64,000 nt of DNA from Octopus bimaculoides (Eukaryota). Location: the NCBI RefSeq assembly GCF_001194135.2, contig NC_068981.1, positions 159,293,077-159,357,076 of the forward strand, read 5' to 3'. The position numbers and the translations under genes were made by a program. How positions within the stretch are numbered: the first letter of the stretch is position 1; each line of letters starts with the position of its first letter. Shown here one piece after another: positions 13,251 through 27,832 of this stretch. The notes below the pieces were generated by a model that worked only from the letters and a program-made list of their open reading frames with translations, was not told the origin of the DNA and searched no databases.

Positions 13251-15529
13251 GGCGTCCGTAGACTTAAATCTCCTGGCTGGACTTCATTATTTTAGATTTA
13301 TATAGAGACAGTAACAATACACATGTACCGCTATTTAGCAACAGCATCACATAGACTTACAAGAAGGCAACTCCTTTGATAATATGAGGCCAAAGATATA
13401 GCGTGGAATTTTTTTCGAAGACACAGGATTTTGCAACATTTCTCATGAACAAGCGCTGATCTGTTGCAGGGTTCAAGGCCAATAATTTTTAACAAGTCGA
13501 TTGCATTGATCTCAATATTTTATCGACCCTAAAGGAATGAAAGGTAAAGTTGACCTGGATGCGATTTAAACTCTGAACGTAAAGAATCAGAAGAAATACC
13601 TCTAAGCATTTTCTCCGACGTGCTAACGATTCTGCCAGCTCACCGCTTTATAAAATCGTAATTATTTCTTCAATATTTTATGCTTCTTCTGCGTTGGCGC
13701 ACAATTGAATGTATGGCTACATACATTCGATACTGACAAATTTTCTATTTGAATAAACATTATAGTTCTCAAACGCTGCACCATTTAGGTTTATATATAT
13801 NNNNNNNNNNNNNNNNNNNNNNNNNNNNNNNNNNNNNNNNNNNNNNNNNNNNNNNNNNNNNNNNNNNNNNNNNNNNNNNNNNNNNNNNNNNNNNNNNNNN
13901 NNNNNNNNNNNNNNNNNNNNNNNNNNNNNNNNNNNNNNNNNNNNNNNNNNNNNNNNNNNNNNNNNNNNNNNNNNNNNNNNNNNNNNNNNNNNNNNNNNNN
14001 NNNNNNNNNNNNNNNNNNNNNNNNNNNNNNNNNNNNNNNNNNNNNNNNNNNNNNNNNNNNNNNNNNNNNNNNNNNNNNNNNNNNNNNNNNNNNNNNNNNN
14101 NNNNNNNNNNNNNNNNNNNNNNNNNNNNNNNNNNNNNNNNNNNNNNNNNNNNNNNNNTGGCTCGAAAAATGTTAGTTATATTTTGTTATACACAAGAATG
14201 GTTGATAAAACAAAATAAACAAGTCTTTCTTCAAACATTTTTTTTTTCTTCTCAATTTTTAACTTCGAAATATAATTTGTCTTTCTTAAAATTTCCAAGC
14301 AAAGTACGCCAAACTAATTTTTTTTTTTTATGTGCACCAGTAATTTTTTTCTTTAATGTCTTTGCGCCACGAAGTAAAAGAGAGAAGAAAAAAGAAAAAG
14401 AGAGAGAATTATAGATCTAACATATCAAATTATAGAGAAAACATGCAAAGTAATTTGATAATACGATAACAATGAATAATTGAATAAAAATTACACCTTC
14501 ACACACTCCCCTTCCATACCGAGATCCGTGTACACGGTTACTTTCAACCTGACGTCATATTACCTTACTTCGTTCTTCATAAATCCACTTGACAGTCACT
14601 CCCATCTCCTAATTTTCAATAGTCCCATCAGAAAAATAAACCACACTTGCTGTATAGAATATTATAAACTAGCCTATAATATGTGTTTTACGAGAGTTGA
14701 ATAAATCAAGCATGAATAATTATAAATATAATGATAAAACAAGTAAATTTTTATTATCAGAAACTTGACAAAATATATCTAATAATACATGTCTCCTTTA
14801 AATGTCACTAACCATATTAAAAAACTCATACCGCATCCCCACTTTTGTTTCTGCACCTGTTGGGCTTTGAGACACATGGTTCAAGTCGTTATTAAAAAGA
14901 TTTACACAGCACATTATCACGTCATACAAGACAAAGGAAAATATATACTAATAGGGACACGAGTTTTAGCCTATGAGAAAAATAAACAGAAAAATACTGA
15001 TGTTCGCAAGCCTGAAAACTTTAAAATATTGTAAATAATATATTTGCATTTCAGATAATAACAGGTGTTGTTGTTGTCAACCAAAATCGAACAGACTTAT
15101 AAAGAAAAGAATCAGCGCTAACGTCATCCTCTCTTTCTCATTAGTGTAGCTACAGTTTGTTCCTCCCGGAGCAGCTTTTGAGTTTGCTGTCCCCAGCTTT
15201 GGACCACAAGCCTATACAGGCTTATACAGCAAGCCAAAAAATGTTGCCCCCTTAAAAGTATTGTCCGGGCCGGACTGCCCCTTTCGCCTCAACCTCTAGC
15301 TATGCGACTACTCTTTTTGTATATCTAGAACTACATTACCCAATGCCTCCCTTCTTTTCCAAAACAGTGATTAGAGGGAGATTTGACTGGGGGTTTTTTC
15401 TAGTAGGTGGAGCGATCACATAGAATTGAGTACAGATAGTATACATGATATAACGTTTCTTAGAGATGATTTCTCAAAATATGGGAGCTATTCCCACAAA
15501 AGCCTGGTCATATGGTTAAGATGTTCATT

Positions 15530-15930
15530 TCTTTTGACGACAAAGCATTTGTGGAGTAAATTTTAAGGCTTCGCATAAGCGATAATTTGAGTTTAGCACA
15601 CCAATTTGGACAGGATTACCATTTTTATAAAAATGGGATGGATCATATCTGAAAGCAGCTCCAGGTGTTGTGAAGAATGAATTTGTCTGGCGTGCTAAAT
15701 GTTGTTTAAATGATTCAGCATTAAGTGCTGCAGTTTGCCTTTGTTGATCCTGGGAAAGTCTCATCTCTCTTCTCTCTCGAGACTCCATCTGATGTGATGC
15801 AGCAAGCCTTTGCTGATCTTGAGAAAGTTTCATCTCCCTTCTGTCTTCGGACCCCATCAGACGTACTGCAACATGCCTTTGCTGATGTTGAGAAAGTCTC
15901 ATGTCCCTTATCTCTTGAGACTCTCATCTT
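15530..15930 (-). mobile_element. Helitron Rep-helicase N-terminal remnant
   Basis: Charged repeats (REMRLSQDQQR-like) followed by AAFRYDPS...VQIG....CEALKF, typical of the Helitron N-terminal region. Confidence 0.72.
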
Positions 15931-17364
15931 CGATTTTCTGCACTCCTCCTTGCTTTATAGGTGTTTCTGGAAAGATTACATTTTTTCTTTTGTGGCGTAT
16001 TTTTTCAATATTTTAACCGAAAATTATGAACATAGAAAAATATATACATTAATCTCCATTTTTGTTAGCAGTTGTATATATGTAGGGTATCCATATTTTT
16101 GTATACAATGTAAATTAACCAAATATAAGCAAAGTGTAAATACCTTGCAACTGCTGCGATACTTATGAACTGTTAATTGAATGGTAGATGTGTATTTTTA
16201 TATATCTTGGACCTTCCAGGTAATTTTTTAAGAGTTTCACCTCCAGCCATTCTCGTCACACATGTATATTTATGTGTAAATGTATGTGTGTATTTAATGT
16301 ATGTAATGGGCGCGCAAACACAAACACACCCACAGAAACATTCATATACAAAATGTGACGATACGCACACATACACTGTCACATACATGTAGTAAGATAA
16401 ACACAAAGAGACATACATTCACGCACCTCAGTCATGTGTATGTTTAATAACGTACCTAACGCGGAAACACAGACAGGAACATACACACTTATACACCCAC
16501 ACACGTACATTCAGACACATACACACTCATATATGTGGTGTCGGCGGCGTCGTGGTATAAAAAGTCCTTTACTATCTCGTACGTATCGAACGCGCAAACA
16601 CACACACAAAAGTGAAAGAATAACGTGAAACAATATTTTATATTATTATCACATTAGAATTAAAAGAATAAAAGTGAAACAATATTACATCATACAAGGA
16701 AGTCAATTTGTTGACAGAAATTACAAACTCCATTTCAGCGTATAAAGCTCTAGAAGAAAATAGTTTCAGCAACTTTAAGATATCTTTTTCTAACGCATGA
16801 ACGCTCAGTGGCGTGGTTGAATTCTCATTTATTAGTAATGAAGGCTTATTGGCTGTATCACAACGGTTTTCGATAGAGGGAGTAATGTAAATAGAGTATT
16901 TAAGAAGACAGAGTGCAAAAGATTTTAAATAAGTAAAGTAATGTTGTAGGGAGAACGTACAAATAGCGTGAAGACAAAGGTATTTACGCACGACAAAATT
17001 GAAATACACTGCAGTCAATTTTTAGAGAGAGAGAGAGACTTAAAGTGAGGAACTATTACAGAGGGTGAGAGAGAATATATGTAAGCAAGAGAAACAGAGG
17101 GTGAGAAAAAGAAAGAGAAGATAGAAATAAGCAGAGAGAGAATCGCTTGAAAACTACAGAAGTAAGAAGAGAGAGAATCGGTTGAAAACTGCAGTTTTTA
17201 GAGAAAAACCATGTGAAACACCTTTTTCCCGGTTGGTTTCTCGCATTATGGAACTTTGGGCAAAATGTTATAGTGCATGACCATCCTTGGCACATAAGTA
17301 ATGTGTATGTACAGTTTAATGAAAATCGGTTCAAAACATACTACACACACAGAAGCATCCTTTG

Positions 17365-17402
<38 letters not shown>

Positions 17403-20400
17403 TATTGTTGTGTTATGGTAAGATAAAAAAAAAGTACTCCATCTGGTGAGAAATAAATATTATTTAGCAGATACAATGTTTTTGTGTGCTACTATTAGTT
17501 TCATGTGCTGAGAACCCAGTGTTTTATAACACGTCTATTATCCCAACACAATTATCAGACACTGCCCACATGACATAACAAACTAGTTCGATATGCCATG
17601 ATAGTGCTGGGACACCAAACGTGTTATAAAACACTGTTTGGCTTGTTCCCAGCACATAAAAACATATTGCGCTTATTAAATATACATACACACAAATGTG
17701 TTTGTGTGTGTGTATGTGTGCATGCGTGCGTTTTCTCTGTGCCTGTGTTTCCGTTCCATTCATGCTTAATAACACAGTATTGGTTTGTTCATGTCCTCGT
17801 AATTTAGTGGATAGGCAATAGAGACTGGTGGAATATGTACCAGACTTAATAATATAAGTTCTGGGGTCGATTTGTTTGACTAAAACCTTCCAAGTATGGT
17901 TGCAGTCAAATGACTGAAACAAGTAAAATGTTAAAAAAAAAAAAAGGTGGATATTTCTTTCCATGTTGTTATAAAAAAAATTAAGACTTCTGGTAGTTGA
18001 TAAAAGCTCAAAATTTATGAGTCAGTGAATCTGTAATATAAATCTGAAACACAAACTGAAGCAAAATACAAGTTTTTTTTTTCAGTTTTTAACTTGTTTT
18101 CTCTTGATGGAACAAGTTGACTGAACCTACAATGTCCTACCTCTCCAAATGTCTTGATCCTGTCTTATCTCATCTTTGAACCCCACTTTTCTCACAGCTA
18201 TTTACAAACATCTCAACAGAAAGATACTTCCAATGTCTGTCTAAAGCGTACATCATTTACTGGCTTATATTTCACTGAGTATCATCCATAAAGCACAATA
18301 AATAGATATAAATGCATTCATCTTTTTTGTATATACTTCCCATGATTCTGATGCCAAGCCTCTTCCATGACTAATGAGACCAATGAACAGAACCTCTATA
18401 TGATCACTTGACCTGTTGGAAATAGCAACCAAATTTACATCAAATCACACTTGATCATCTTAAAAATGGAAGTATACATTGGATAATGAAGTCCTTGATA
18501 CACCGTGTCTGAATAAAAAAACAGGATGATTGCTACTAGAAAACCGTTTTTGATAACAGGTCTGCTGGATCAGGGTTAACATTAATAACAATGAACTTGT
18601 TTGTACAACCTCAAGTACTCAATGGGGTTTTTCTTCTTTAAATACAATGAACCAAATATGAAACAAAGCAAACAGAATCCCAGAACTTGTAGAGTCAAAA
18701 CCTCCCCCCACCAATGTATAAGGAAATAGGGGTCTAGAGAGGTAGTACCTATCTTTCAGTAAATGATGCAGTATATATACACATATAATCTCTCTCTATT
18801 CATTAATTTTCCCATTTCAAGAGGAAAAGTCATGTTGCAGTTAAAACGTCATTCTATATGACTAAGTACCTAGATCATCCCAGACTAAAATCTGCATAGA
18901 GAGCCTGTTATGCAGACCTGAATGGATTTCAAAACACAATTCTTAATACTGATGATACACTTTTACTGAACAGTGGTTTCCTTGATATCAGCAAATGAAT
19001 GCAATTAGTGCACAGATAATCTGTCAGGCAGATCCCAATAGACCAAATATGAGGTGGTCCACCACAGCAAAATACATTTCTTCCTGTTGCATTACATTTT
19101 GTGTGATGAGTCCAAAATACTTCAAGTAAAGACAGTGTGGATCTGATCATTACAATCAATCACAACCTAAAACAATTCACACAGAAGCTTTTCAAAAGTA
19201 CAAAACACTGTGAATTAATTATTTCTTTATTGCATTTATTTATTTATTCATTATGTTTTTTTCTTCTTTTCTCTTTTTTACAAACATTTTCAATAATTTT
19301 ATTCTTGGGCTGCTTTTGTTTTTTGTTTTTTTTTTATGTACAAAACTTAGTAGGAACAAACAAAATTATCTTCATTATAAAACACAACAAATGAATAACA
19401 TTGCATAAAACAGATAATTCCCCACATTTTGTGTGAAATGATCAACATGTTCATATATACATATGTATGCCACACACACACACATAGATGCATGCATACA
19501 CACAAACATACTTATCATATGTGCCTTATGCACACACACATACATGCTTGCACAACTGCACAAAAATGTTCACAAATAACCAAACAGGAAAAGGACATTT
19601 CTGTGTTGCATGTTATGCACATTAATGCACATTTTCATGCATACAAAAGTTAAATTTTATAAAATGTTTTCATTTTTTTATTTCCTTTTGGAAAAGAAAT
19701 TAATTCATAAATAAATCTTTTGCTTTGTTTTATTTTTTTGTTTTAAATTAAATGGCATTTAAAGAAAAAGACACATCTAGATCAATGATAAATAATTGCT
19801 ATGGAAACTTCCACATCATCACAGTCATATTTATTAACATCAGCAGCAGCAGCGACAAATGAGACATTATCAGCAATAAAATTCACTATTATCATTGTTT
19901 CTATTGTCCTGTAAACTTATCTTTCCTTCTCACATTGACATTGTTGCTTTCAGTGTCATCAAACCTTATTATATTTCATATCTTTGTCATCAACATTATA
20001 GCCATAAGGATCAAGATAAATGATATTCATAGTGAAGGAAAAGAGAAGTGTGACAAACAGTCATATATGAACCAACAAGACAGCCTCTATATGGTCTCTT
20101 GACTTGCTAGAAATAGCAGCAACCAAATCTCTTTATGAAAGTGCTATCTACTTACTGTCTTAAACAGAGTAAGGACATATAGAATAATGTAGACTTTATC
20201 CATAACACAAAAAGATGGTCATTGTTGGAATGTCTTTGATCATAAGTCTGTTCAGTCAGAGTTCACTTATGACTAAACAATGACCATAAATCATCACCAT
20301 TTATTTGTGACTAATTAATATTGTTAAAGGTAAAAATAAATCAAATCAAAGTAATCCATGGTAAATCTCTCAACAACCAATCTTTACCTGAATATAATTG

Positions 20401-20767
20401 AAGTCTTACATGATATTTAAACATTAATATCTTCCAGCCAGTGAGTGAGCTTGTATGTGGCCAGTTAACCTGTTAGAAATAACAGACAAATGTTTCTCAA
20501 ATCACACTGTTATCTTTAAAAAAGGAAGAACATTCTGGATAATGTAGTGGGAAATAAAATATGCCTAAATGCCTTTGATGAAGCATCAACTTGATCAGAG
20601 CTGACTTGGGGCTGATCAACAACAACAGTACCAACACTAAATTCCTTTAGAATCATATTTTACAAAATTTGAATTAAGAAGTAAAATTTAGCATGCCTAA
20701 TTTTTTCTCTAATAATTTCCAAAACAAAGTTAATCTGTTGACTGTCATAACTTTTCAGGAATGTAAT

Positions 20768-20821
<54 letters not shown>

Positions 20822-21510
20822 CAAGACAAAAATGATCATAAAGAAATAGCTGAATATAAACTAATGAGGGGACAAAATCTGATAAGTTTTAATTAAATGG
20901 TTTCTCCAGGAGAGATTACAAAGTTGGAACAGAAGACAATGTAGGCTGGACAAAGAGAAGTCAACATTATGCCATCAAGAGTCTGGTAGCAAAGTAAAGC
21001 AGGAATGATTTGACATTCTTGAGTTGACTAGGTAAATGAACTTTAATGACAATTGAGTAGAAAATAAATTATTGATTTGACAAAAGATGAGATCTTTATG
21101 GAACAGCTATTCTGTTGTTAGTTGAACAGAAAGAAAATAATAAAAAGCTATCATAAAATAACATTGGGAAGAAAGAAAGAGAAGTATCTTGGAATAAAGC
21201 AAAAATCTTCTTTATGGATGGAATACATGACAATAAAAAGCAAATCTAATTTGAACCAAGATAATAAGATAGGTGAAAACATGAAAGAAAAAAGAACAAC
21301 AAACTGGAAATGCGAAAGAGATGTGAAAAAAATATTTTTAAATTAGAATAAAGTAAATAGAAAATAAGATTGATTCTATAATCAGATTTTATCTCTAAAG
21401 CCTTTTCAGTTTGGAAGCAAGAAAATAAATTTATTAACACATTGATATGATAATGCAGATATAAATATTTACGTGTGAGTTTGTATGTGTATATGTGTAT
21501 GTATGCATAA

Positions 21511-21551
<41 letters not shown>

Positions 21552-21654
21552 CATACATACTATTGCACTGATGTTTATCACGCCATTGATTAATAAGATT
21601 AAATCATTATTAATACATTAAAATAAATAACTTAAAATATTTATTAATTTATAT

Positions 21655-21870
21655 TTAGTTGTTGTTTAGCCCCTGGTCAGTCCTGATCAAACAGAACTTA
21701 TAATCAAAGGCATTCCAGTCATGACCACCCTGTTCTTTTTTGTTTTTTTCTGTGCAGTGGGGTCAGGGATTCCAGGGTCATATCCACTATATCCTGTTCT
21801 AAGATGGCAGGGTTAGATCTGAAGGAGATTTGGCTGCTATTTCTAGCTGGTTGAACTACAAGTCAGAAGA
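21655..21870 (+). repeat. Dispersed repeat family E (other copies ~18385-18590 -, 20060-20290 -, 20440-20630 -, 23720-23910 +, 24010-24200 -, 25900-26100 -, 29620-29830 -)
   Basis: Shared motifs tgttgtttagcccc-ggtcag-cctgatc, caaaggcattccag and ggagatttggctgctatttctagc. Confidence 0.68.
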
Positions 21871-22322
21871 AGGGTTGAGACATCTCATTCCAACAAAAAC
21901 AAATCCTCAAAAAGACTAAACATTTGGTTTTATCTTAACACCCATCTACAATTAAACAAGATCTGGTAACTGAAGCTTCTCTCCAGACAATTCCAGAGAC
22001 TTAACCTTCGGTGTGACTTTTAATATTAGCATTTGTTCACAAATTTGTGGGGAGATGGTGAGGTCTATTTATCATGCTAAGTATTTGGCTGGTGTATGTT
22101 TTATCAATCTTCAAAAGATAAAAGACAATACTGACCTCAGCAAGGTTTGAACTCAGTACATAGCCAGAGATGTTACAAAGGGTTACTAAATACTTTAAGA
22201 CATTGTATCTAGCATTCTATTATTCATGCATTCACCATCTTCAGTGATAGTATTTACAATAATTTATACTTATAGCATAAAGTTCTAAGCTAGAAAGCCT
22301 ATAATAATAATAATAATAATAA

Positions 22323-22877
22323 ATGCCCTGAAGCAGTACATGGCAGTGGCTCTCATGGCTACTGATCTTAACTGATTGGAAGTATAATCATCTACATGTT
22401 TTGTCTTGGTATAAAAGATGGGCTACAATAAATATTCTGCTCAATACCACAGATTTGCTTGTCAGTTGTTTGACCTTAATTAGTTGAGCATGTCCCTTGG
22501 TGGCTGATGATATGTGCATCTCTGATCATAAGCAGGAATAGTGGGGAAGCATCACAGCCATGTGTTGAGAGGAATTCTTTGGGGTTTGAATAATTCACCT
22601 CAGGGAACATGAATGTTTCATTCATCATCATTAACAACCCTTCTTCAGGGACCTTTTGAATGGGATAGGCTACTCAACCTGAAGAAAATTCTAACAGGGC
22701 TTCACCTGCAAGGTCATGTGCTGTTTATCTTGATACAAGGTCACTATGTCGTACACACATGGTTGTGAGGCATGTGCCTGGTGTACTCTTATAAGACAGG
22801 TAGTCATGACAAGTATATTGGGCTTCATATATTTGTACCCCAGGGTCACTGATGGCATTGCATTGCTTTCTCACTCA
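22323..22877. mobile_element. Unclassified ~555-bp interspersed element (family D) embedded in (TAA)n
   Basis: Highly similar to 32419-32993; both copies are flanked by TAA repeats; no ORF, TIR or tRNA head recognised. Confidence 0.7.
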
Positions 22878-22889
22878 GTAATAATAACA

Positions 22890-23322
22890 ATTCTTTCTAA
22901 TTTTGGCACCTAGCAGTTGACTAGTACTTTTCTATTTTATTAATTACCAGAAGGATGAAGAGTAAAACTGACTTCAGTGAGATTTGAACCAACCATGTAA
23001 AGAGCTGGAAAAAATGCTGCTATGCACTTTGTCCAACATACTAACAATTCTGTCAGCTTGCCACCCTAATAATAATAATAATAGTCCTTTCTACTATAGG
23101 CACAAGGACTGAAATTTGTGGGGAGGGGACTAGTCAATTACATCAACCCCAGTGCTTCACTGATACTTAATTTATTGACCCTGAAAGGATGAAAGACAAA
23201 GTTGAACTCAGTGGAATTTGAACTGACAATGTAAAGAATTTGAACTCAGAACATAGCGATAGACGAAATACCGCTAAGCATTTCTTCCAGTGGGCTAACA
23301 ATTCTGCCAACTCACTACCTTC
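22890..23322 (-). mobile_element. Tandem SINE family B copies, CpG-decayed (another at 24195-24400)
   Basis: Collinear with family B; CpG positions converted to TpG/CpA; bounded by (TAA)n. Confidence 0.7.
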
Positions 23323-23323
23323 C

Positions 23324-23386
<63 letters not shown>

Positions 23387-23395
23387 CAACAGTAA
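23323..23395. repeat. (TAA)n microsatellite (others at 30413-30488, 32401-32418, 32994-33082)
   Basis: Direct reading. Confidence 0.95.
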
Positions 23396-26314
23396 TAATT
23401 TGTTTAAAATATCTACTTTTCAGTATGGTGGATATATCAGCTTCAATATTCACTAAGAATACTAAGAAAATAAAGAGTATGAATTTTCAAAGAGTAAATG
23501 GTTTTGAATGAACCCAATTCTCTCTCTCCCTTTCTTTCTCTCTCTCTCTCTCTCTCAATTACTGATATTTCATATATAAATATAAGCTAAACCAAACAAA
23601 TCATCCAGCATTGATCTCTAATGCAAAATAAATATATTGCAGATCATCCTAATGAAATTTTACGTCATACTTCTTGTTACTTTACTGGTGTTTGTAATAA
23701 GTAAGATAATGAAACATGTATTTGTTGTTGTTATTTAGCACTGATTCAGTCATATGATGGAAGGCATTTCAGCTGTGTTTATCTGAATTGTTGTATATTT
23801 TAATACTACACTGTCAAATGTAAATTTTCCTCTTTTACAAAGGAGATTAAACATGATTTGAGGGAATTTAGCTGCTATATGTAGCAGGTCAAGTATTCAT
23901 GTAGAGGCTCTGAGACCCTCTTATCACTTCATACAGCATATTAATTACTGCATTAAATGCAAATTGCCAAATCAACAACTCTTCACTCACCACATTTTAC
24001 CACAACCAGCAAAAGAGCTAACAATGTAGCTAGAAATAGCAGTTAAATCTTTCTCAAATCACACAACCATATAGTATGTTGGTAATGTACTTCCAGATAC
24101 TTTGTGCTTTGAAGTAAAACAATGGAATGGTTACAACAAAAAATCATTTTAGATCATAGGCCTGCTTGATCAGGGTAGACTTGAAGCTAAACTATTGCTT
24201 CAAATTTTGGCACAAGGCCAGCAATTTTGATGGGATTGGCAAGTCCTCAGTACTTGACTGGTATTTATTTTATTGACCCCGAAAGAGTGAAAAACAAAAT
24301 TGGCCTAGGTGGAATTTGAGCAAAGACCAGAAAAAGCCAGAACAAATACCAATAAGTATTTTGTCCAACATACTAATGATTCTACCAGCTCACCATCTTT
24401 AATAATAATGGTTTCACATTTTGGCACAAGGCCAGTAATTTTGATGGGAAGAGTAAGTCAATTACATCAACCCCAGAACTTGACAACAATAGTCACTAAT
24501 TATTTATCAAGTTGTATCTTCACTGCTGCAACTACTATATTGATCTCCATTCCTTTGGATACAATGACTGTATACTGTTTCCATCTGAACCCACTAAATG
24601 GATCTTTGGTCAACCTTCTAATTCCTTTCCTAACCACAACCAATTTACACTGGATCTTTTCTCTCCCCATTATTACCAGCAACACTTCTTTGGAAATAAT
24701 AACTACATGAATCTAACTCACTAACCCCTTTTAAAAGGGTTTAAAAAGCTAATGACATTGTCCCCACTCTTCTTACAAAATCATAGCAAGCATTCAATAT
24801 TCACTAGAAATATTCAGAAGAACTATTATAGGCAAACCACAGAAAGACAATTTGTCTCAATAACCACTTGAACAAAGCATTTTGACTGCCATAAAAACAA
24901 TCCTGTTTGTTCAAACGAATCAGGTTTAGCATTTAAACCTTTTTAATAGCTAGAAACTTAATTCTACTCACAATCCAATCACAAAAAGGAACACTTTTCT
25001 GAGCTCCATCTTCTCACCATTCTTATATGACTCCTACAATATATTCTGGCACCATTAGTATTATAGGTGCTAAAGGGCTACATCTAACATTTCTTCACAT
25101 TTATGAATGAACTTCCATTTATACATTCCAAATTTGTATGTGAGTGATATTTATTGTTTATAAGGCTTTCCAAACTCTTAAAGAAAAATCATTCTCCCTA
25201 CGAATCTTCACTTAATGTCCATGTTCCATGCTGATATGAGATGGATGATTTAACAGAATTTGATGAGTCCATTGACTGTATTGTGCTCCAGTGTCTGCAT
25301 TGGCATGGTTTCAATGATTTGATGATCCTCCAAATGCCAAGAACATCAGACAGCATATACTGGGTGCTTTTTCCATGCTACCAGCACCACTGATGTCTTG
25401 CAAGACTGAAAACCCCAAGGACAGCATGGTTGGTTTTATGCCAGAGAGGTTGAGTGGTTAAAGCATGGAAGAAGTGGGGATGAGGCAAAGCAATTTCTTC
25501 TAGAGGAGTTACATGGCTAACTAAAAGCAAATCAGCTTAACTCAATAATTTAAAATGAAAAAATGATACCCATCCTAGATTCTTTAGCCTACATATACAA
25601 TGGTGGAACCAGTCTTGTTTAATAAATGAATAGCCCCAAACCTGAAACATTAAACTCTCTCATCTGCTAAAACATGTGTTTTACCAATTGTGTTATGAAT
25701 GAAAGCTATTTTTTCCCCTTCTGTATTCTAATACACCTAAACAGAAATTTAACATTTAGCAAGTCAGAAATGCATGAACTAGTCATTCATTTTAACATTA
25801 ACTAAACAGTAAATAAACATTCAATTGACTTTAGAATAGTTTCAATGGCAGTTTCAATAACATTTTGACAGTAAAATAACGGTAATAAACATAAACATCA
25901 GCACCAACAAGAAGAAAAAGCAAGGCCAACAAGAGAGCTTGCTAAAGATAGCAACAAAATTCCTTCAAATCACACCCTATCATCTAAAACCACAAAGTGC
26001 ACATTGGACACAAAATGATGGGATGGTCAGATCTGGAATGCTTTTGACCACAGGCCTGCTGAATCTGTGTTAAACCTATAATTAAACAACAACAACATCA
26101 AGCATCAGCAAGTAGAAAGTTGTGCACATCTACCTTACAACAAAGGAAGTTTAGTTAAAGAGAAAGATATTCCTGATGATATTAGCAAGATACTGTAACA
26201 ATATTACTCTCAGTATATTTTACTGAATATTCATCTGAAATATATATGTTCATACATGGATTTTTGTGTGTTTTCTTAGTGTATATCAGAAAATGAGTGA
26301 GCAAGTGAGCAAAT

Positions 26315-26316
<2 letters not shown>

Positions 26317-26371
<55 letters not shown>

Positions 26372-26400
26372 AGAGAGAGACATAGTGTGTGTGTGAGTGA
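26317..26400. repeat. (GA)n/(GT)n microsatellite, representative of many dinucleotide tracts in the window
   Basis: Direct reading. Confidence 0.95.
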
Positions 26401-27208
26401 GTGCAAGTGTATGCCTCTATATATGTATCACATATTAAAATATACCTTGCTAAAAACAAAACAATACATATATGAAAACTTGTAACAGCAGTATGTTTGT
26501 GTGTACATATATGTGTGTGTGTAGAGAGAGAGAGGAAGAGACATATGTGAACATATACACACACACCCATGTGTACATACATATCATGTGTCTGTGTATA
26601 TACGCATTTGCATGGATGTATGCACACACACACACACGTACGTATGTATGTATGTATGAATTATGCTGAGAAATTCATGTTGTATCACTCAAATAAAATT
26701 ACACAAATATATACAAGTAAATATATTTACAAATAGTAAATCACTGAATTGGTTTCATATTAAATAAACACACACAACGCACATACTCAAATGCAAACGT
26801 ACATAACTCAACAAACACACACACATACACTCTCACTCACTAACTCACACATGGATGCTCACATTTTCAAACAGAAACACACAAAAAAAAAATGGACTGT
26901 TTAATATTTACACATGCAAAAAGCTGATTGAAAGGACAAATGTGTTGAGCAATAATCTACAATACATAGTAGCAGTATGATCACTCTCAAGGAAGGTCTA
27001 TGAAGAGACAGGAATGATATCAGAAAACATATAGGTTTGTGTGTCTTTATATGTTTATATATTTAAGTGACTGTATGTGAGACTATGTGTTATACTATTT
27101 GTACCCGAGTATGTTATGGTGTATTTGAGTGTGTTTGTTTCACTGTTATCATCATCATCGTCATCATCACTATCATTTTTCCATCAGTGCATGAGTTGCG
27201 TGTGCATG

Positions 27209-27240
<32 letters not shown>

Positions 27241-27424
27241 NNNNNNNNNNNNNNNNNNNNNNNNNNNNNNNNNNNNNNNNNNNNNNNNNNNNNNNNNNNN
27301 NNNNNNNNNNNNNNNNNNNNNNNNNNNNNNNNNNNNNNNNNNNNNNNNNNNNNNNNNNNNNNNNNNNNNNNNNNNNNNNNNNNNNNNNNNNNNTATATAT
27401 ATATGCATATGTATGTATTATATT

Positions 27425-27628
27425 CTTTTATTTTTTCAGTCATTTGACTGTGGCCATGCTAGAGCACCACCTTTAGTCAAGCAAATCGACCCCAGGACTT
27501 ATTCTTTGTAAGCTTAGTACTTATTCTCTCGGTCTCTTTTTGCCAAACTGCTAAGTGATGGGGACACAAACACACCAACATCGGTTGTCAAGCGATGGTG
27601 AGGTGACAAACACAGACACAAATAACAA

Positions 27629-27664
<36 letters not shown>

Positions 27665-27821
27665 GACAGGCTTCTTTCAGTTTCCGTCTACCAAATCCAC
27701 TCACAAGGCTTGGTCAGCCTGAGGTTATAGTAGAAGACACCTGCCCAAGGAGCCACGCAGTGGGACTGAGCCTGGAACCATGTGGTTGGGAAGCAAGTCT
27801 CTCACCACACAGCCACTCCTG
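27425..27821 (-). mobile_element. SINE family A, full length
   Basis: Collinear with 8474-8797; internal (TA)n. Confidence 0.8.
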
Positions 27822-27832
27822 TGGCTATAAAT

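Noticed and set aside
14480-14660. Exon-like minus-strand stretch (EMGVTVKWIYEERSK...)
   Set aside because: Isolated, short, with no partner exons or recognisable homology.
22500-22560. CTGATGA/CTGACGA hammerhead-like core in family D copies
   Set aside because: No GAAA or compatible stems follow within range in the ungapped copy.
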